A stretch of DNA of 64,000 nt, from contig CANQKO010000005.1 of assembly GCA_947624505.1 (NCBI GenBank), positions 1,761 through 65,760 of the forward strand, in the 5' to 3' direction. Below, piece after piece: positions 51,713 to 62,296 of this stretch. Source of the stretch: an uncultured Bacilli bacterium (GTDB lineage: Bacteria > Bacillota_I > Bacilli_A > RF39 > UBA660). Under the pieces are notes generated by a model. That model had not been told where the DNA came from. It did no database searches and saw only the letters and a program-made list of their open reading frames with translations. The position numbers and the translations under genes are program-made. The stretch's first letter is position 1; every line of letters starts with the position of its first letter.

Positions 51713-53641
51713 CTAAATATCTAAATTTTGAACGTATTCAGCATTTTCTTCAATAAATTTTCTTCTTGGTTCAACTTCTTCACCCATTAACATTGAGAAT
51801 GCTTCATCCGCTGCAATAGCGTCATCAACCGTAATTCTTCTTAAAATTCTTGTATGAATATCCATAGTTGTTTCGTTTAATTCATCAGGATCCATTTCAC
51901 CAAGACCTTTCATTCTGGCAATTTCATATTTTGTATTGGGGTTAAGACTTGCTAAATAACTATCTCTTTCTTCTTCATCTAATACATATTTTCTTACTTT
52001 ACCATGCGTAATTCTAAAAAGTGGTGGTTGGGCAGCATATACGTGACCAGTTTCCACAATTGGTTTAAAGAAACGATAAAATAAGGTCAACAATAACACT
52101 CTAATATGTGAGCCATCAACATCGGCATCGGTCATTATAATGATTTTATCATATCTAAGTTTACTTAAATCAAAGTTATCACCAATACCCGTACCAAAAG
52201 CTGTAATAATTGTTCTGATTTCTTCATTAGATAAAGCTTTATCAATTCTTGCTTTTTCAACATTTAAAATTTTACCACGAAGAGGCAAAATAGCTTGAGT
52301 CATTGAATCTCTGCCTTTAACTGCAGAACCACCAGCACTATCTCCTTCGACGATAAATATTTCACAAATTGATGGATCTTTTTCCTTACAATCTTCAAGT
52401 TTTCCGCCAAAATTACTAACAATATCTAAGTCCCCTTTACGTCTTGATAATTCTCGAGCATTTTTAGCAGCAACTCTAGCTCTTGCTGCCGTCATACATT
52501 TTTCAATAATTATTTTTGCTTCATTAGGATTTTCCATTAAGAATCTTTCAAACCCTTCAGAAAATACATTATCGGCTAATTTTCTTACTTCTGAATTACC
52601 TAATCTTCCTTTTGTTTGGCCTTCAAATTGAGGATTTGGATGCTTACAAGAAATAATCATTGTAAGACCTTCCTTAACATCATCACCAGTTAATGATTCA
52701 TCTTTTTCTTTTAAAATTCCTGCTTTTTTAGCGTAATTATTAATTACTCTTGTTAATGCTCTTCTTACTCCTTCTTCGTGCGTGCCACCATCGTGAGTAT
52801 TAATGTTGTTAACAAATGAATAAATACTATCAGAATAACCAGAGTTATATTGCATTGCAACTTCAAAGAAAACCCCATCTTCTTCGCCTTCCAAATGAAT
52901 TATTTCATCGTGAATTGGAGTTTTAGATGTATTTAAATATTTAACATATTCAGAAATACCACCTTCATATAAGAATTTTTCTCCCGTTGTATCTTCTCCA
53001 TCGCGATCATCTCTAATAGTTAAAGCTAAACCTTTATTTAAAAACGCTAACTCTCTAATTCTTACCTTTAAAGTTTCATAATCAAATATATCAGTATCAA
53101 AAATATCAGGATCTGGTTTAAAAGATACAACAGTACCAGTTCTATCTTTTTCACATTCACCAATTTCAGTTAATTTTTGAACAGTTTTACCACCATCTTC
53201 AAATTTTGCTTCATAAATTTTACCATCTTTATAAACTGTAACAGTAACCCATTTAGATAAAGCATTAACTACAGAAGCCCCAACACCGTGTAAGCCTCCA
53301 CTTACTTTGTAGCCGCCACCACCAAATTTACCACCAGCGTGAAGAACAGTATAAACAGTTTCAACTGTCGAAATACCAGTTTTAGGATGAATGCCAACTG
53401 GAATACCTCTTCCATTATCTTTAACAGTAATTGAATTACCTTTATTTATTATTACTTCAATATGATTACAAAATCCAGCCAATGCTTCATCAATCGCATT
53501 ATCAACAATTTCCCACACTAAATGATGAAGACCTTTAACATCGGTTGTCCCAATATACATTCCAGGGCGTTTTCTAACGGCCTCTAGCCCTTCTAAAACT
53601 TGGATATCACTATCACTATAATGTAAATTCTCTTCTTTCAT
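51713..53641 (-). CDS. gyrB: DNA gyrase subunit B
   Basis: 642 aa. [48 protein letters not shown]. Confidence 0.97.
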   Translation of the reverse strand: MKEENLHYSDSDIQVLEGLEAVRKRPGMYIGTTDVKGLHHLVWEIVDNAIDEALAGFCNHIEVIINKGNSITVKDNGRGIPVGIHPKTGISTVETVYTVLHAGGKFGGGGYKVSGGLHGVGASVVNALSKWVTVTVYKDGKIYEAKFEDGGKTVQKLTEIGECEKDRTGTVVSFKPDPDIFDTDIFDYETLKVRIRELAFLNKGLALTIRDDRDGEDTTGEKFLYEGGISEYVKYLNTSKTPIHDEIIHLEGEEDGVFFEVAMQYNSGYSDSIYSFVNNINTHDGGTHEEGVRRALTRVINNYAKKAGILKEKDESLTGDDVKEGLTMIISCKHPNPQFEGQTKGRLGNSEVRKLADNVFSEGFERFLMENPNEAKIIIEKCMTAARARVAAKNARELSRRKGDLDIVSNFGGKLEDCKEKDPSICEIFIVEGDSAGGSAVKGRDSMTQAILPLRGKILNVEKARIDKALSNEEIRTIITAFGTGIGDNFDLSKLRYDKIIIMTDADVDGSHIRVLLLTLFYRFFKPIVETGHVYAAQPPLFRITHGKVRKYVLDEEERDSYLASLNPNTKYEIARMKGLGEMDPDELNETTMDIHTRILRRITVDDAIAADEAFSMLMGEEVEPRRKFIEENAEYVQNLDI

Positions 53642-54732
53642 CTAAAAACCTCCTCTATGGCATTATTATTTACTTTAAATAATTTAGCATTTTTTAATAA
53701 CTTCTTATCAATTCTATCTAATTCTGTTGTAGTAATAAATGTCTGTATGTCACTATTTAATAATTCTACTATGTTTTCAATTTTCTCGTTATCAAGGGCA
53801 CTAAATAAATCATCTAAGATTAAAATAGGTAAATTATTTTTCTCTTTATTAATTAATTCAATTAAAGATAGTTTAAAAGCAAATATAGCATTCTTCTTCT
53901 GACCATTACTTCCATAATCAGCGATATTCTTTTTATCAAGGATAAATACTATATCATCGTGATGAATACCAAATAATGTTTTTCCCATATTAACTTCTCT
54001 ATTATAGTTTTTATTATAAAAATCAATTATTTCTTCCATACTTTTATTTTTATAATCCGAATTATATTTAATATAAAGATCCCCATATTCAAAGATATCT
54101 TGATATTTTTGATTAATATATTCATTAATACTATCAATAAATTTATTTCTTGCTTCATATATTTTAAATCCATAAAATACTAACTTTTTAGTTAATATAT
54201 CTAAAAAATCTTTAGAAGCATTACCATTAATAAATAAATCTCTTAAATAAAAATTTCTTTGTTTTAGTATTTTATTATAATTATTAAGATATATTATATA
54301 ATCTTTTTCTAATTTACTAATTTCAATATTAAGTAATTTTCTTCGACTTGCTGGTGAATCATTAAATATTGTTTGTTCTTCTGGTTCTAATAAAACAATA
54401 TTAATATTAGTAATATAATTACTTACTTTAGAGACAATATTATTATTAATTTTTACTTTTTTACCTTCTTTATTTAATACTACTTGATATATATTTTTAG
54501 AATTATCTTCGACCTCTCCTTCTATTTTAGTACTTACTTCACCACTTTTTATTAACATTTTATCATCATTAGTTCTAAATGATTTAGTGATAGATAAAAC
54601 ATATATTGCTTCCACTAAATTAGTCTTACCTTCACCATTTTTACCATATATGATATTTAATTGATTATTAAATTCTAAATTTACTTTTTCATAATTTCTG
54701 AAATTAGTTAATTTTAATGTGTTCAATTTCAT
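53638..54732 (-). CDS. recF: DNA replication and repair protein RecF
   Basis: Walker [15 protein letters not shown]; signature SNGQKKN; Walker B ILILDD. Confidence 0.93.
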   Translation of the reverse strand: MKLNTLKLTNFRNYEKVNLEFNNQLNIIYGKNGEGKTNLVEAIYVLSITKSFRTNDDKMLIKSGEVSTKIEGEVEDNSKNIYQVVLNKEGKKVKINNNIVSKVSNYITNINIVLLEPEEQTIFNDSPASRRKLLNIEISKLEKDYIIYLNNYNKILKQRNFYLRDLFINGNASKDFLDILTKKLVFYGFKIYEARNKFIDSINEYINQKYQDIFEYGDLYIKYNSDYKNKSMEEIIDFYNKNYNREVNMGKTLFGIHHDDIVFILDKKNIADYGSNGQKKNAIFAFKLSLIELINKEKNNLPILILDDLFSALDNEKIENIVELLNSDIQTFITTTELDRIDKKLLKNAKLFKVNNNAIEEVFR

Positions 54733-54822
54733 AATTTAGCCTTCTTTTGTGTTATATTTAATAATCATAGTGTTTAAGTACTCCTATACACAACTATAAT
54801 TATATCACAAATTAGCGATATT

Positions 54823-55275
54823 TTAAACTAAATTTACAGTTTTTGACCATTTTAAATAATTATTTAATTTAATTGTATAAATTAATAATTTTTCAAAACT
54901 ATATTTGGAAATTTTAACATCAAAAGTTATATTATTTATACATTTAATTTGTAAATAGTCATCTTTTTCTTCATAATCAATTATTTTATTAGCTACAATA
55001 AATAAACATTCTTTATATCTTAAAGAATTCATTTGTAGTAATATTATATTTTCGGCTTCACTAATTAAAATAGGTACTTTATATTGAATATTTAAGATAG
55101 TTTTAGCACTTTTAATTCGGCCATTCATACTACTTCCATGTATTAAACAATTAAATTCAATTATTTTTTTAATTGGAATGTTGAAAACTTCATACTTATC
55201 AACATTATAAATAATAGTATCTCTTTCTTTTTTATATAATGCTACAGTAGTATCGTCAATAATATATTCTTTCAT
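54823..55275 (-). CDS. comK: ComK-family protein (competence transcription factor family); start trimmed to ATG with SD GGGAGGG
   Basis: IIEFNCLIHGSSMNGRIKSAKTILNIQYKVPILISEAENIILLQMNS...ISKYSFEKLLIYTIKL aligns by eye with B. subtilis ComK (SCRFFGSSYAGRKAGTYEVTKISHKPPIMVDPSNQIFLFPTLS...ISYNSFENQVYRTAWL). Confidence 0.6.
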   Translation of the reverse strand: MKEYIIDDTTVALYKKERDTIIYNVDKYEVFNIPIKKIIEFNCLIHGSSMNGRIKSAKTILNIQYKVPILISEAENIILLQMNSLRYKECLFIVANKIIDYEEKDDYLQIKCINNITFDVKISKYSFEKLLIYTIKLNNYLKWSKTVNLV

Positions 55276-55360
55276 AATCAAAAACCCTCCCAAAAAATTA
55301 ATTTAGGACCTACTATAGCACTTTGTATATAAAAAATTTGTCGAAGCATTGTTTAAACAA

Positions 55361-55393
55361 TAAAAAAAGAGAATTTTTTAGTATTTTTTCTCT
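55361..55393 (-). terminator. Terminator after dnaN
   Basis: Minus strand reads AGAGAA-(14-nt loop)-TTCTCT followed by TTTTTTT. Confidence 0.45.
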
Positions 55394-55405
55394 TCTTTTC
55401 CTTCT

Positions 55406-56527
55406 TTAATAAGTTTTTACTGGTAATATTAATTGGGTTAATGATTCATCTTCAACTGATTTTATAACAATTGGTTTATCATCAGCATTAATAAGTAACA
55501 AAATATTATTATCTTTGATAACTTTTAAAGCTTCAAGCATATATCTTGAACTAAAAGCAATATCAATCTTTTCTTTATTATTACTCTCTATCTTTAAAGT
55601 TTCTTCTGTTTTACCTATTTCACTAGCACTTGATGAGACAACCATTGTTTTATCATTTATTTCCATTCTAACAATATTTTTATCTTTGCTTTGCGCAAGT
55701 AAGCTGGCTCTATCAACTGCATCATTAAATTGTTTTAAATCAATGTTAATAATGTAAGAAAATTCAGAAGGAATAAAATGATTTGTATCAGGATATTGAC
55801 CACTTAATAAATTAGTTTGAAATTCAATATTCTTATATTTAAATAATATTTTATTAGTAAAGATATGCATAATAACATCTTCACCATCATTTGTTAATAT
55901 TTTTTCTAGTTCATTAATACTTCTTCCAGGAATAATGATATTAATTGTTGTACTAATTATATTATCAAGGGTAATACTCTTTTTTGATAAACGATATGAA
56001 TCTGTTGCAATACACTCTAAGCTATTACCAGCAATTTTTAAGTTAACACCTGTAAATAATAATCTTGCTTCTTGAGTTGAAACAGCATAAGATGTTTCAT
56101 TTATCATATTTTTAATTAATTCATCTTTTAAAGTAATTGGTTCTTTTGATTCATCTAAAGAAATATTTGGATAGTCAGCTAAATCATAACAATTTAAATT
56201 ATATTCATTATTATCAGTATATATTTTTATTTTATTATTATCTTCTAAAGCAAATGTAATAATATCTGAAGGCATTTTTCGAATAATTTCTAAAATAAAT
56301 TTACTACTTATAATAATACTTCCTGGTTGTTCTATTTTTTTAATATCTTTTTCAGGTATTTTAATTCTAATAGATAATTCTGAATCACTAGCAAATAAAC
56401 TTAAACCATCATTTGTTAAATCAAATTTAATGCCATTTAAAATAGGTATTGTCGTTCTAGTACCAATTGCCCTCGTTACATTAGTAAGGGCCTCTAATAA
56501 AATATTTTTATCAATTACAAATTTCAT
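55406..56527 (-). CDS. dnaN: DNA polymerase III beta sliding clamp
   Basis: 373 aa. MKFVIDKNILLEALTNVTRAIGTRTTIPILNGIKF...LILPVKTY. Confidence 0.95.
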   Translation of the reverse strand: MKFVIDKNILLEALTNVTRAIGTRTTIPILNGIKFDLTNDGLSLFASDSELSIRIKIPEKDIKKIEQPGSIIISSKFILEIIRKMPSDIITFALEDNNKIKIYTDNNEYNLNCYDLADYPNISLDESKEPITLKDELIKNMINETSYAVSTQEARLLFTGVNLKIAGNSLECIATDSYRLSKKSITLDNIISTTINIIIPGRSINELEKILTNDGEDVIMHIFTNKILFKYKNIEFQTNLLSGQYPDTNHFIPSEFSYIINIDLKQFNDAVDRASLLAQSKDKNIVRMEINDKTMVVSSSASEIGKTEETLKIESNNKEKIDIAFSSRYMLEALKVIKDNNILLLINADDKPIVIKSVEDESLTQLILPVKTY

Positions 56528-56672
56528 TTAAATTCCTTCTTTCTTTTTTATTATTTTTAAATATTATTTTTTATTATAATGTTGAATATGTTGAAAACCA
56601 TTACTTTATTAATTAATATCTTATATTTTTAGTGTTAATAACTATTAATTTATCAACAATTTTTTAACTAAT
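56528..56672. other. oriC: oriC, dnaA-dnaN part: variant DnaA boxes plus an AT-rich unwinding stretch
   Basis: TGTTGAATA (56580), TGTTGAAAA (56589), TGTTAATAA (56633), TTATCAACA (56649), and an almost pure A/T run at 56541-56580. Confidence 0.65.
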
Positions 56673-58028
56673 TTATAACTTTGCTTTTATTTCTTTTAAA
56701 ACCTGTTCTAAATTACTATTTTTTTGTAACTCTTCTTTTATCTTTTCACAACTAGCTACGACGGTGGAATGATCTCTGCCACCAAATTCAAAACCTATTT
56801 TAACTAAGTTTTCTTCAGTTTCACTTCGACATAAGTACATTGCAATATGTCTTGGATACGCTATATTATTGCTTCTTTTTTTGCTTTTTAAATCATCAAC
56901 AGTTATTTTATAGAAATCTGCGACTACTTTTTGAATATGAGAAATTGTATTTTCTTGATAAATATTATTATCAATATAATCTTTACAAGCTTCAATTGCA
57001 AAATTTAAATCAATTCTATCTGGTGTATATAAAGCAGTATAAACAAGTAAACGATTAATTGTTCCTTCAATATGTCTTACATCACTTTGACAACCATTAG
57101 CAATATATTCAATAACATCTTTATTAACTTTATCTTTTATACTAGAATTTTGAAGTTTTTGTTTAATAATTTCACAACGAAGTTCAAAATCAGGGGGATG
57201 AATATCAACAGGAAGACCCCATTTAAATCGACTTCTAAGTCGCTCTTCGATTTTCTTTAAATCATCTGGAGATCGATCACTTGAGATAATTATTTGTTTA
57301 TTAGCTTGATGAAGTGATTCAAAAGTGTGGAAGAATTCTTGTTGGGTTAAAGGGGAATCAACTAAAAATTGAATATCATCAATGATTAAAACATCAACAT
57401 TACGATATTTATTTTTAAAGTTATTAGCATATTCAATTGCTTCTTTACCTTTGTTTTCTTTTGATATACAAACATATTCTTCTCTAAAATCATTACTGGT
57501 TGTATATAAAACTCTTTTTTTCGAGTGTTCAGTTATATAATTGCCAATTGCATTCATTAAATGGGTTTTGCCGGTTCCACTTTTACCATAAATAAAGAGT
57601 GGATTACGAATTGTCCCTGGTGATTGAGCTACATTCATTGCGGAAATAAAAGCAAGACGGTTGGATTCACCAATAACATAATTATCAAAGTTTAAATTAG
57701 GTTTTAAATTGGTATTCCAGACAATTATTTGACTTTCTTCATTTTCTTCTTTATTACTTTCAAGATTTGTTTCATCTTGTAATTCATCTTCAGTAAAAAA
57801 TTTAAATTCATAATTGATACCTGTTAAAGAAAACATTGTGCTATCAAGAAGTTCATAATAAGTAGTTTTTAGTATTTGTTTATGGATTTGGAGAGGTACT
57901 TTTATCTTGATTTCTTTATCATCAATACTAATGAGTTCAAGGTCATTAAACCACGTTGTATAAGTGCCACGACTTACTTCGCCTTCAATTTCTTTTAATA
58001 AATTTTTAAATAGTTCGTGTGTTTTCAT
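56673..58028 (-). CDS. dnaA: Chromosomal replication initiator DnaA
   Basis: 451 aa. AAA+ GKSGTGKTHLMNAIGN, IIDDIQFL, and the C-terminal DNA-binding domain RHIAMYLCRSET...GGRDHSTVVASCEKI. Confidence 0.97.
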   Translation of the reverse strand: MKTHELFKNLLKEIEGEVSRGTYTTWFNDLELISIDDKEIKIKVPLQIHKQILKTTYYELLDSTMFSLTGINYEFKFFTEDELQDETNLESNKEENEESQIIVWNTNLKPNLNFDNYVIGESNRLAFISAMNVAQSPGTIRNPLFIYGKSGTGKTHLMNAIGNYITEHSKKRVLYTTSNDFREEYVCISKENKGKEAIEYANNFKNKYRNVDVLIIDDIQFLVDSPLTQQEFFHTFESLHQANKQIIISSDRSPDDLKKIEERLRSRFKWGLPVDIHPPDFELRCEIIKQKLQNSSIKDKVNKDVIEYIANGCQSDVRHIEGTINRLLVYTALYTPDRIDLNFAIEACKDYIDNNIYQENTISHIQKVVADFYKITVDDLKSKKRSNNIAYPRHIAMYLCRSETEENLVKIGFEFGGRDHSTVVASCEKIKEELQKNSNLEQVLKEIKAKL

Positions 58029-58323
58029 ACCTCACCCCACATCTCATATATATCCCAATTTCAATTTTAACTTAAATGCATTTTGATTACAAGATTAAAT
58101 TATAAAAAAAAAGTTTTCAACATATTTATTAACATTAAAAACGGCATATTTATGCGTGTTAATTACTTATTTTAACACTTTCAACAAATTTTTATTAACA
58201 TTATAAACAAATAGTAATTTTAGTTAATAATTATTAATGTTGAAAATGTTATAATTGTTAACATTATATTTAAATACTTTCTTATTTTTTTAAAATTTAT
58301 TGTTAATAATTTGTTAAAAACGT
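58029..58323. other. oriC: oriC, upstream-of-dnaA part: cluster of at least 8 variant DnaA boxes
   Basis: TTTTCAACA (58114), TTATTAACA (58126, 58192), CTTTCAACA (58178), TGTTGAAAA (58238), TGTTAACAT (58257), TGTTAATAA (58301), TGTTAAAAA (58312). Apparent consensus TTWTYAACA versus the canonical TTATCCACA. Confidence 0.65.
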
Positions 58324-59952
58324 TTATTTTTTTAAACTTAATTCTTCTTTATTGTTAATATATCTTAAGTAATTCATTGTTGAGGTATCATAAATTACTT
58401 GTGATAAAATAATTTCTAATGTTGGAAATCTTTCTAAAAGATAATTTTTAATACTTGTTATTTCATCATATTCTTCATCTCTTATATAAAAATCATTCAT
58501 TAGTTTATTAATATAATCTTCATAAACATTAAAAAGGCCTGTAACTATTCCATATACTTCATTATATTTAGATCCTAAATAATCTATATATTCTTTCTCA
58601 ATTTTATATATATAATCTTTTAAATCTTCATCAATAATAATATCTGAATCTGTATTATCATCGAGTGTTCTTATTTTATAAGAATTACTCAATATGATAT
58701 TTCTTATTATTAAATAAGTCCAGATATGTTCATCAAGAGTAAAATCACTATTTAATTTTGCATATTCTTGTAATCTTTCTAAAATCATTAGAAATAAATC
58801 AATACGATATTCTGAACCACATTTAATTTCAATATCAAAAGTACTATCATTTGGATCAATATTTATTTTATTATTAAAATTATTATAACCTTCTAAACCA
58901 TTTAAATAATATAAAATACGATCTAATCTCTTAATATCTTTTAATTTAACAACATTCCAATAGTTATATAAATCTTTAACATTTTGACTATTTATAGCTT
59001 GATAATATTTATCGATACTAGTATTATTAAACATTCCTAAAAGTAATAAAGTAGCTTCTTTTTTCCTTGCTGTAAGATAAGAATAATCATTAGTGGTTTT
59101 CTTATTATAAGGATAATTCCCACAATTTTGAATATAAGATTCAGCCGAAGATTCAATTAAAAAATTTAAGTTTAAATTACTAAATCTTAAACATTCTTGT
59201 TCACTATCACGTCGACATTCACATTTATCTTGTCTTGCGTGATTAATCTCGTGCCAAAGGGTTTTAAGAAGATTACTATAATAATAATTAAAGAAAGCAT
59301 AAGAATCAACATCTTCAAAATCATATTTATAATCTCTTTTAATACTAAATTCTAAAATTTTGTCCATATCAATAATAATTTTATATTCTCCTGGGTAATA
59401 ATTACCTAAAATACCTCTTTGATTAATCTTATCAACTTTAATAACTAAATTACTTAAAACATGTAAATCATCACCTTTAAGTTCATTATTTCGACATAAA
59501 TATGCAATAATATATTGAAGAGCATTAGTAAATAAATAACTACTATGTAATTTATCTTTATTATTGCCTTCAATTTCTTGCCATTTTAAATAAACATCAT
59601 ATGTATTAACTTCATATTCTCGAAAATAATAAGGTTCAATTAAATTAGTATCTACATCTCTATTAAGATAAATTTGCCATAGAATTTTATTAACATTTTT
59701 AGGTGTATAACTAAAACAAGGAGTGGCTTCATAATTATAAATTTCTTTAGCTTCCTCTGTATTTAATCCTAAGTTATCAAAATCATAATTGACTTTATAT
59801 TTTTTTATATATTGATAATATTCTATTAAAGATTCATCTAGACTATCAATATCCTTATCTTTAGGTGATTTACTTCCAGATAATGATAATAATGTACTAA
59901 TGCTTATAACAAGAGCAATTATTCTATTTTTAATATTTTTTTTCATTATCAA
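58324..59952 (-). CDS. Secreted or membrane-anchored protein with an HExxH zinc-metalloprotease motif
   Basis: 542 aa. N-terminal hydrophobic leader IIALVISISTLLSLSGS. The only recognisable motif is LWHEINHARQD (HExxH). No family identified. Confidence 0.5.
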   Translation of the reverse strand: MIMKKNIKNRIIALVISISTLLSLSGSKSPKDKDIDSLDESLIEYYQYIKKYKVNYDFDNLGLNTEEAKEIYNYEATPCFSYTPKNVNKILWQIYLNRDVDTNLIEPYYFREYEVNTYDVYLKWQEIEGNNKDKLHSSYLFTNALQYIIAYLCRNNELKGDDLHVLSNLVIKVDKINQRGILGNYYPGEYKIIIDMDKILEFSIKRDYKYDFEDVDSYAFFNYYYSNLLKTLWHEINHARQDKCECRRDSEQECLRFSNLNLNFLIESSAESYIQNCGNYPYNKKTTNDYSYLTARKKEATLLLLGMFNNTSIDKYYQAINSQNVKDLYNYWNVVKLKDIKRLDRILYYLNGLEGYNNFNNKINIDPNDSTFDIEIKCGSEYRIDLFLMILERLQEYAKLNSDFTLDEHIWTYLIIRNIILSNSYKIRTLDDNTDSDIIIDEDLKDYIYKIEKEYIDYLGSKYNEVYGIVTGLFNVYEDYINKLMNDFYIRDEEYDEITSIKNYLLERFPTLEIILSQVIYDTSTMNYLRYINNKEELSLKK

Positions 59953-60017
59953 AATTCCCCTTTAAAAATTTGAATTGTATTATACTACAAGTAAATTTGG
60001 TTTGCAACTGAATTTTC

Positions 60018-60047
60018 TTGACATTTCTATAATAATAATGATATAGT
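60018..60047 (+). promoter_or_regulatory. Sigma-A-type promoter for rpmH-rnpA-yidC-jag
   Basis: TTGACA (60018-60023), an 18-nt spacer containing an extended TG, then TATAGT (60042-60047). Confidence 0.6.
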
Positions 60048-60073
60048 AATAACGCTTAGGAAGAGGTGTATTA

Positions 60074-60196
60074 ATGAAAAGAACTTATCAACCAAATAAT
60101 CGTAAAAAGGCCAAAAAACACGGTTTCTTTGCTCGTAAAGGAACAAAGATTATTAATAATCGCCGTAGAAAAGGACGTAAGGAATTAACTAAATAA
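60074..60196 (+). CDS. rpmH: 50S ribosomal protein L34
   Basis: Below the ORF-track cut-off. My translation is [50 protein letters not shown] lies upstream. Confidence 0.93.
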   Translation: MKRTYQPNNRKKAKKHGFFARKGTKIINNRRRKGRKELTK

Positions 60197-60218
60197 TTTC
60201 TTACGCATTTTTTAAATT

Positions 60219-60551
60219 ATGAAAAAAAGGGAAATTGTCAAATCAAATGAATTATTTAATCAAATAATTGCAAAAGGTAATAAAGTAAGTAATAAGTATT
60301 TTATAATTTATTCTATTAAAAAAGAAGAAATAAAAAATAATTATGGTATTGCGGTTGGTAAAAAAGTTGGAAAAGCTGTTATAAGAAATCGAATAAAAAG
60401 AAAAGTTAGAAATATAATTGATAATAATCGCTTTTTATTTCCAAATTATCATAATTATATTATAATATGTAAAAGAGATATAGTATCTCTTACCTATCAA
60501 GAGATGGAATTAAGTTTGCAAAAATTGTTAAATAATAAAGGAGAAAACTAA
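60219..60551 (+). CDS. rnpA: RNase P protein component
   Basis: 110 aa with the basic RNR motif KAVIRNRIKRKVRN. Follows rpmH. Confidence 0.9.
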   Translation: MKKREIVKSNELFNQIIAKGNKVSNKYFIIYSIKKEEIKNNYGIAVGKKVGKAVIRNRIKRKVRNIIDNNRFLFPNYHNYIIICKRDIVSLTYQEMELSLQKLLNNKGEN

Positions 60552-61600
60552 TGAAAAAGAAATTAATGGCAGTAATATTATTGTTAGCAGTGTTATTTAC
60601 AGGCGGATGTGGTGCCAATGATTATATAAAAGATGCTGATAATAAGATAGTTCAGTTTGAAGAAACCGGTCAAAATCTTCCTAATAATATATTATGTAAA
60701 CCAGAAGCTGATTCTGAATTATATAAAGTATATGAAAAATATGATGATGAATTAAAAATATCTTTAAAGGATTTACCAACTTGCAGTAATTTTAAAATTA
60801 ATTCTAATAAATCATCAAGTATTTGGGAACTTATCTTTGTTAAACCCTTAGCGTATTTAATTTTAGTTTTAGGTAAACTTGTTGGTAATATGGGTATTTC
60901 CTTAATTCTTGTTGGTCTTGCCATTCGTTTAATTTTATTACCATCAGCATATAAAACTCAAAAGCAAAGTAAGAATATGCAAAAAGTTCAACAAGAAATG
61001 CAAAAATTAGAACTTAAATATCGTGGCCGTGAAGATCGTGAATCATTAATGATGAAAAGCCAAGAAATGATGAATGTTTATAAAAAATTTAATGTTAAAC
61101 CAATGTCTGGCTGTTTAGTAGCATTCTTACAATTACCTATCTTCTTTGCTTTTTTACAAGCGATTAATCGTGTACCAGCTATTTTTGAAGATAAACTTTT
61201 AGGTTTTAATTTAGGTATGACTCCTTATGTTGGTTTATCAAAAGGTAATTATTTATATATTTTCCTAGTTATTTTAATTGCCTTGTCAACTTATTTTTCT
61301 TTCAAATATTCAATGCGTAGCACAGGAGCCATTAATCAAACGAAAGAAATGCAAGATCAAATGGGTATGATGACGAAAATAATGACTGTAATGATTGTTA
61401 TAACATCATTCTCATTATCAACTGCCTTAGCCTTCTATTGGATTATAACTTATGCCTTTATTGCTATTCAGACTTTTGTCTTTAGAAGATTATCTGGCGA
61501 AGTAAAGAAAAAAGATAAAAAGGATAAAAATAATAAAAATGATAAAATAAAAGATAAGTTAGAAATTAAAAGAGGTATGAAGTATGGAAATAATAACTAA
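60551..61600 (+). CDS. yidC: Membrane protein insertase YidC/SpoIIIJ (lipoprotein type)
   Basis: Lipobox LFTGGCG, the 60-kDa insertase core with five TM helices, and a basic C-terminal tail. Confidence 0.9.
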   Translation: MKKKLMAVILLLAVLFTGGCGANDYIKDADNKIVQFEETGQNLPNNILCKPEADSELYKVYEKYDDELKISLKDLPTCSNFKINSNKSSSIWELIFVKPLAYLILVLGKLVGNMGISLILVGLAIRLILLPSAYKTQKQSKNMQKVQQEMQKLELKYRGREDRESLMMKSQEMMNVYKKFNVKPMSGCLVAFLQLPIFFAFLQAINRVPAIFEDKLLGFNLGMTPYVGLSKGNYLYIFLVILIALSTYFSFKYSMRSTGAINQTKEMQDQMGMMTKIMTVMIVITSFSLSTALAFYWIITYAFIAIQTFVFRRLSGEVKKKDKKDKNNKNDKIKDKLEIKRGMKYGNNN

Positions 61601-62192
61601 AGAAGGAAAAGACTTAGAAGAAATATTAGCAAATGTTTGTGAAGAAAATGGTATAACAGATAAAGATTTTTACTATAATTACACCGAAAAAAAAGGTGGA
61701 TTATTTAATAAAAATAACAGTTATGAAGTAAAAATATATCTAAAAAGTGAATTATTACAATTTACTAAAGAATATTTAGAAGAATTACTTTCTAATATGG
61801 GGCTTAGTGTTAACTTTGAAACTAAACTTAGAGATGGTGTTATTTATATAAAAATATATTCATCAAATAACCCAGTTTTAATAGGTAGAGAAGGTAATAC
61901 TTTAAAAGCTTTAGAAAATATTGTTAAACAAAAATTAAATACGGAGTTTAATATTCATTGTTATTTAGTTTTAGATGTCGAAAACTATAGAGAAAAACAA
62001 GAACAAAGATTAATTAGACTTGCAAGAAATCTAGCTAAAGAAGTAGCGAGAACTAAAGTTGAAGTAGAACTTGATAATATGAATGCATATGACAGAAGAA
62101 TAGTTCATAATGCCTTAACTAATTTTAAAGGTGTTAAAACCGAAAGTACTGGCGAAGAACCAAATAGACACGTAGTTATTAAACCAGAATAA
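61584..62192 (+). CDS. jag: Jag/KhpB (SpoIIIJ-associated) RNA-binding protein
   Basis: Jag_N, a KH domain (LIGREGNTLKALENIV) and an R3H domain (AYDRRIVHNAL). Confidence 0.9.
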   Translation: MEIITKEGKDLEEILANVCEENGITDKDFYYNYTEKKGGLFNKNNSYEVKIYLKSELLQFTKEYLEELLSNMGLSVNFETKLRDGVIYIKIYSSNNPVLIGREGNTLKALENIVKQKLNTEFNIHCYLVLDVENYREKQEQRLIRLARNLAKEVARTKVEVELDNMNAYDRRIVHNALTNFKGVKTESTGEEPNRHVVIKPE

Positions 62193-62194
62193 TT

Positions 62195-62218
62195 AAAAAA
62201 GACGTTAGCGTCTTTTTT
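62195..62218 (+). terminator. Rho-independent terminator after jag
   Basis: AAAAAGACG-TTAG-CGTCTTTTT followed by TGCTTTTTT. Confidence 0.8.
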
Positions 62219-62296
62219 GCTTTTTTAAACTACAAATAATAGTGCAATTTAATTTAATTTGTGCTATTATATACGCGTATGTAAGTGGGGATGTAT

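Noticed and set aside
28394-60924. Remaining short antisense or alternative-frame ORFs in the track (28394..28585, 29459..29707, 30071..30262, 30466..30762, 34609..34842, 44701..44919, 49697..49879, 51158..51340, 51438..51620, 53657..53902, 55515..55757, 56840..57058, 57072..57260, 60670..60924, 13609..13818, 15077..15271, 16756..17019)
   Set aside because: Each lies wholly inside a well-supported gene on the other strand or frame, and each has a low-complexity hydrophobic product.
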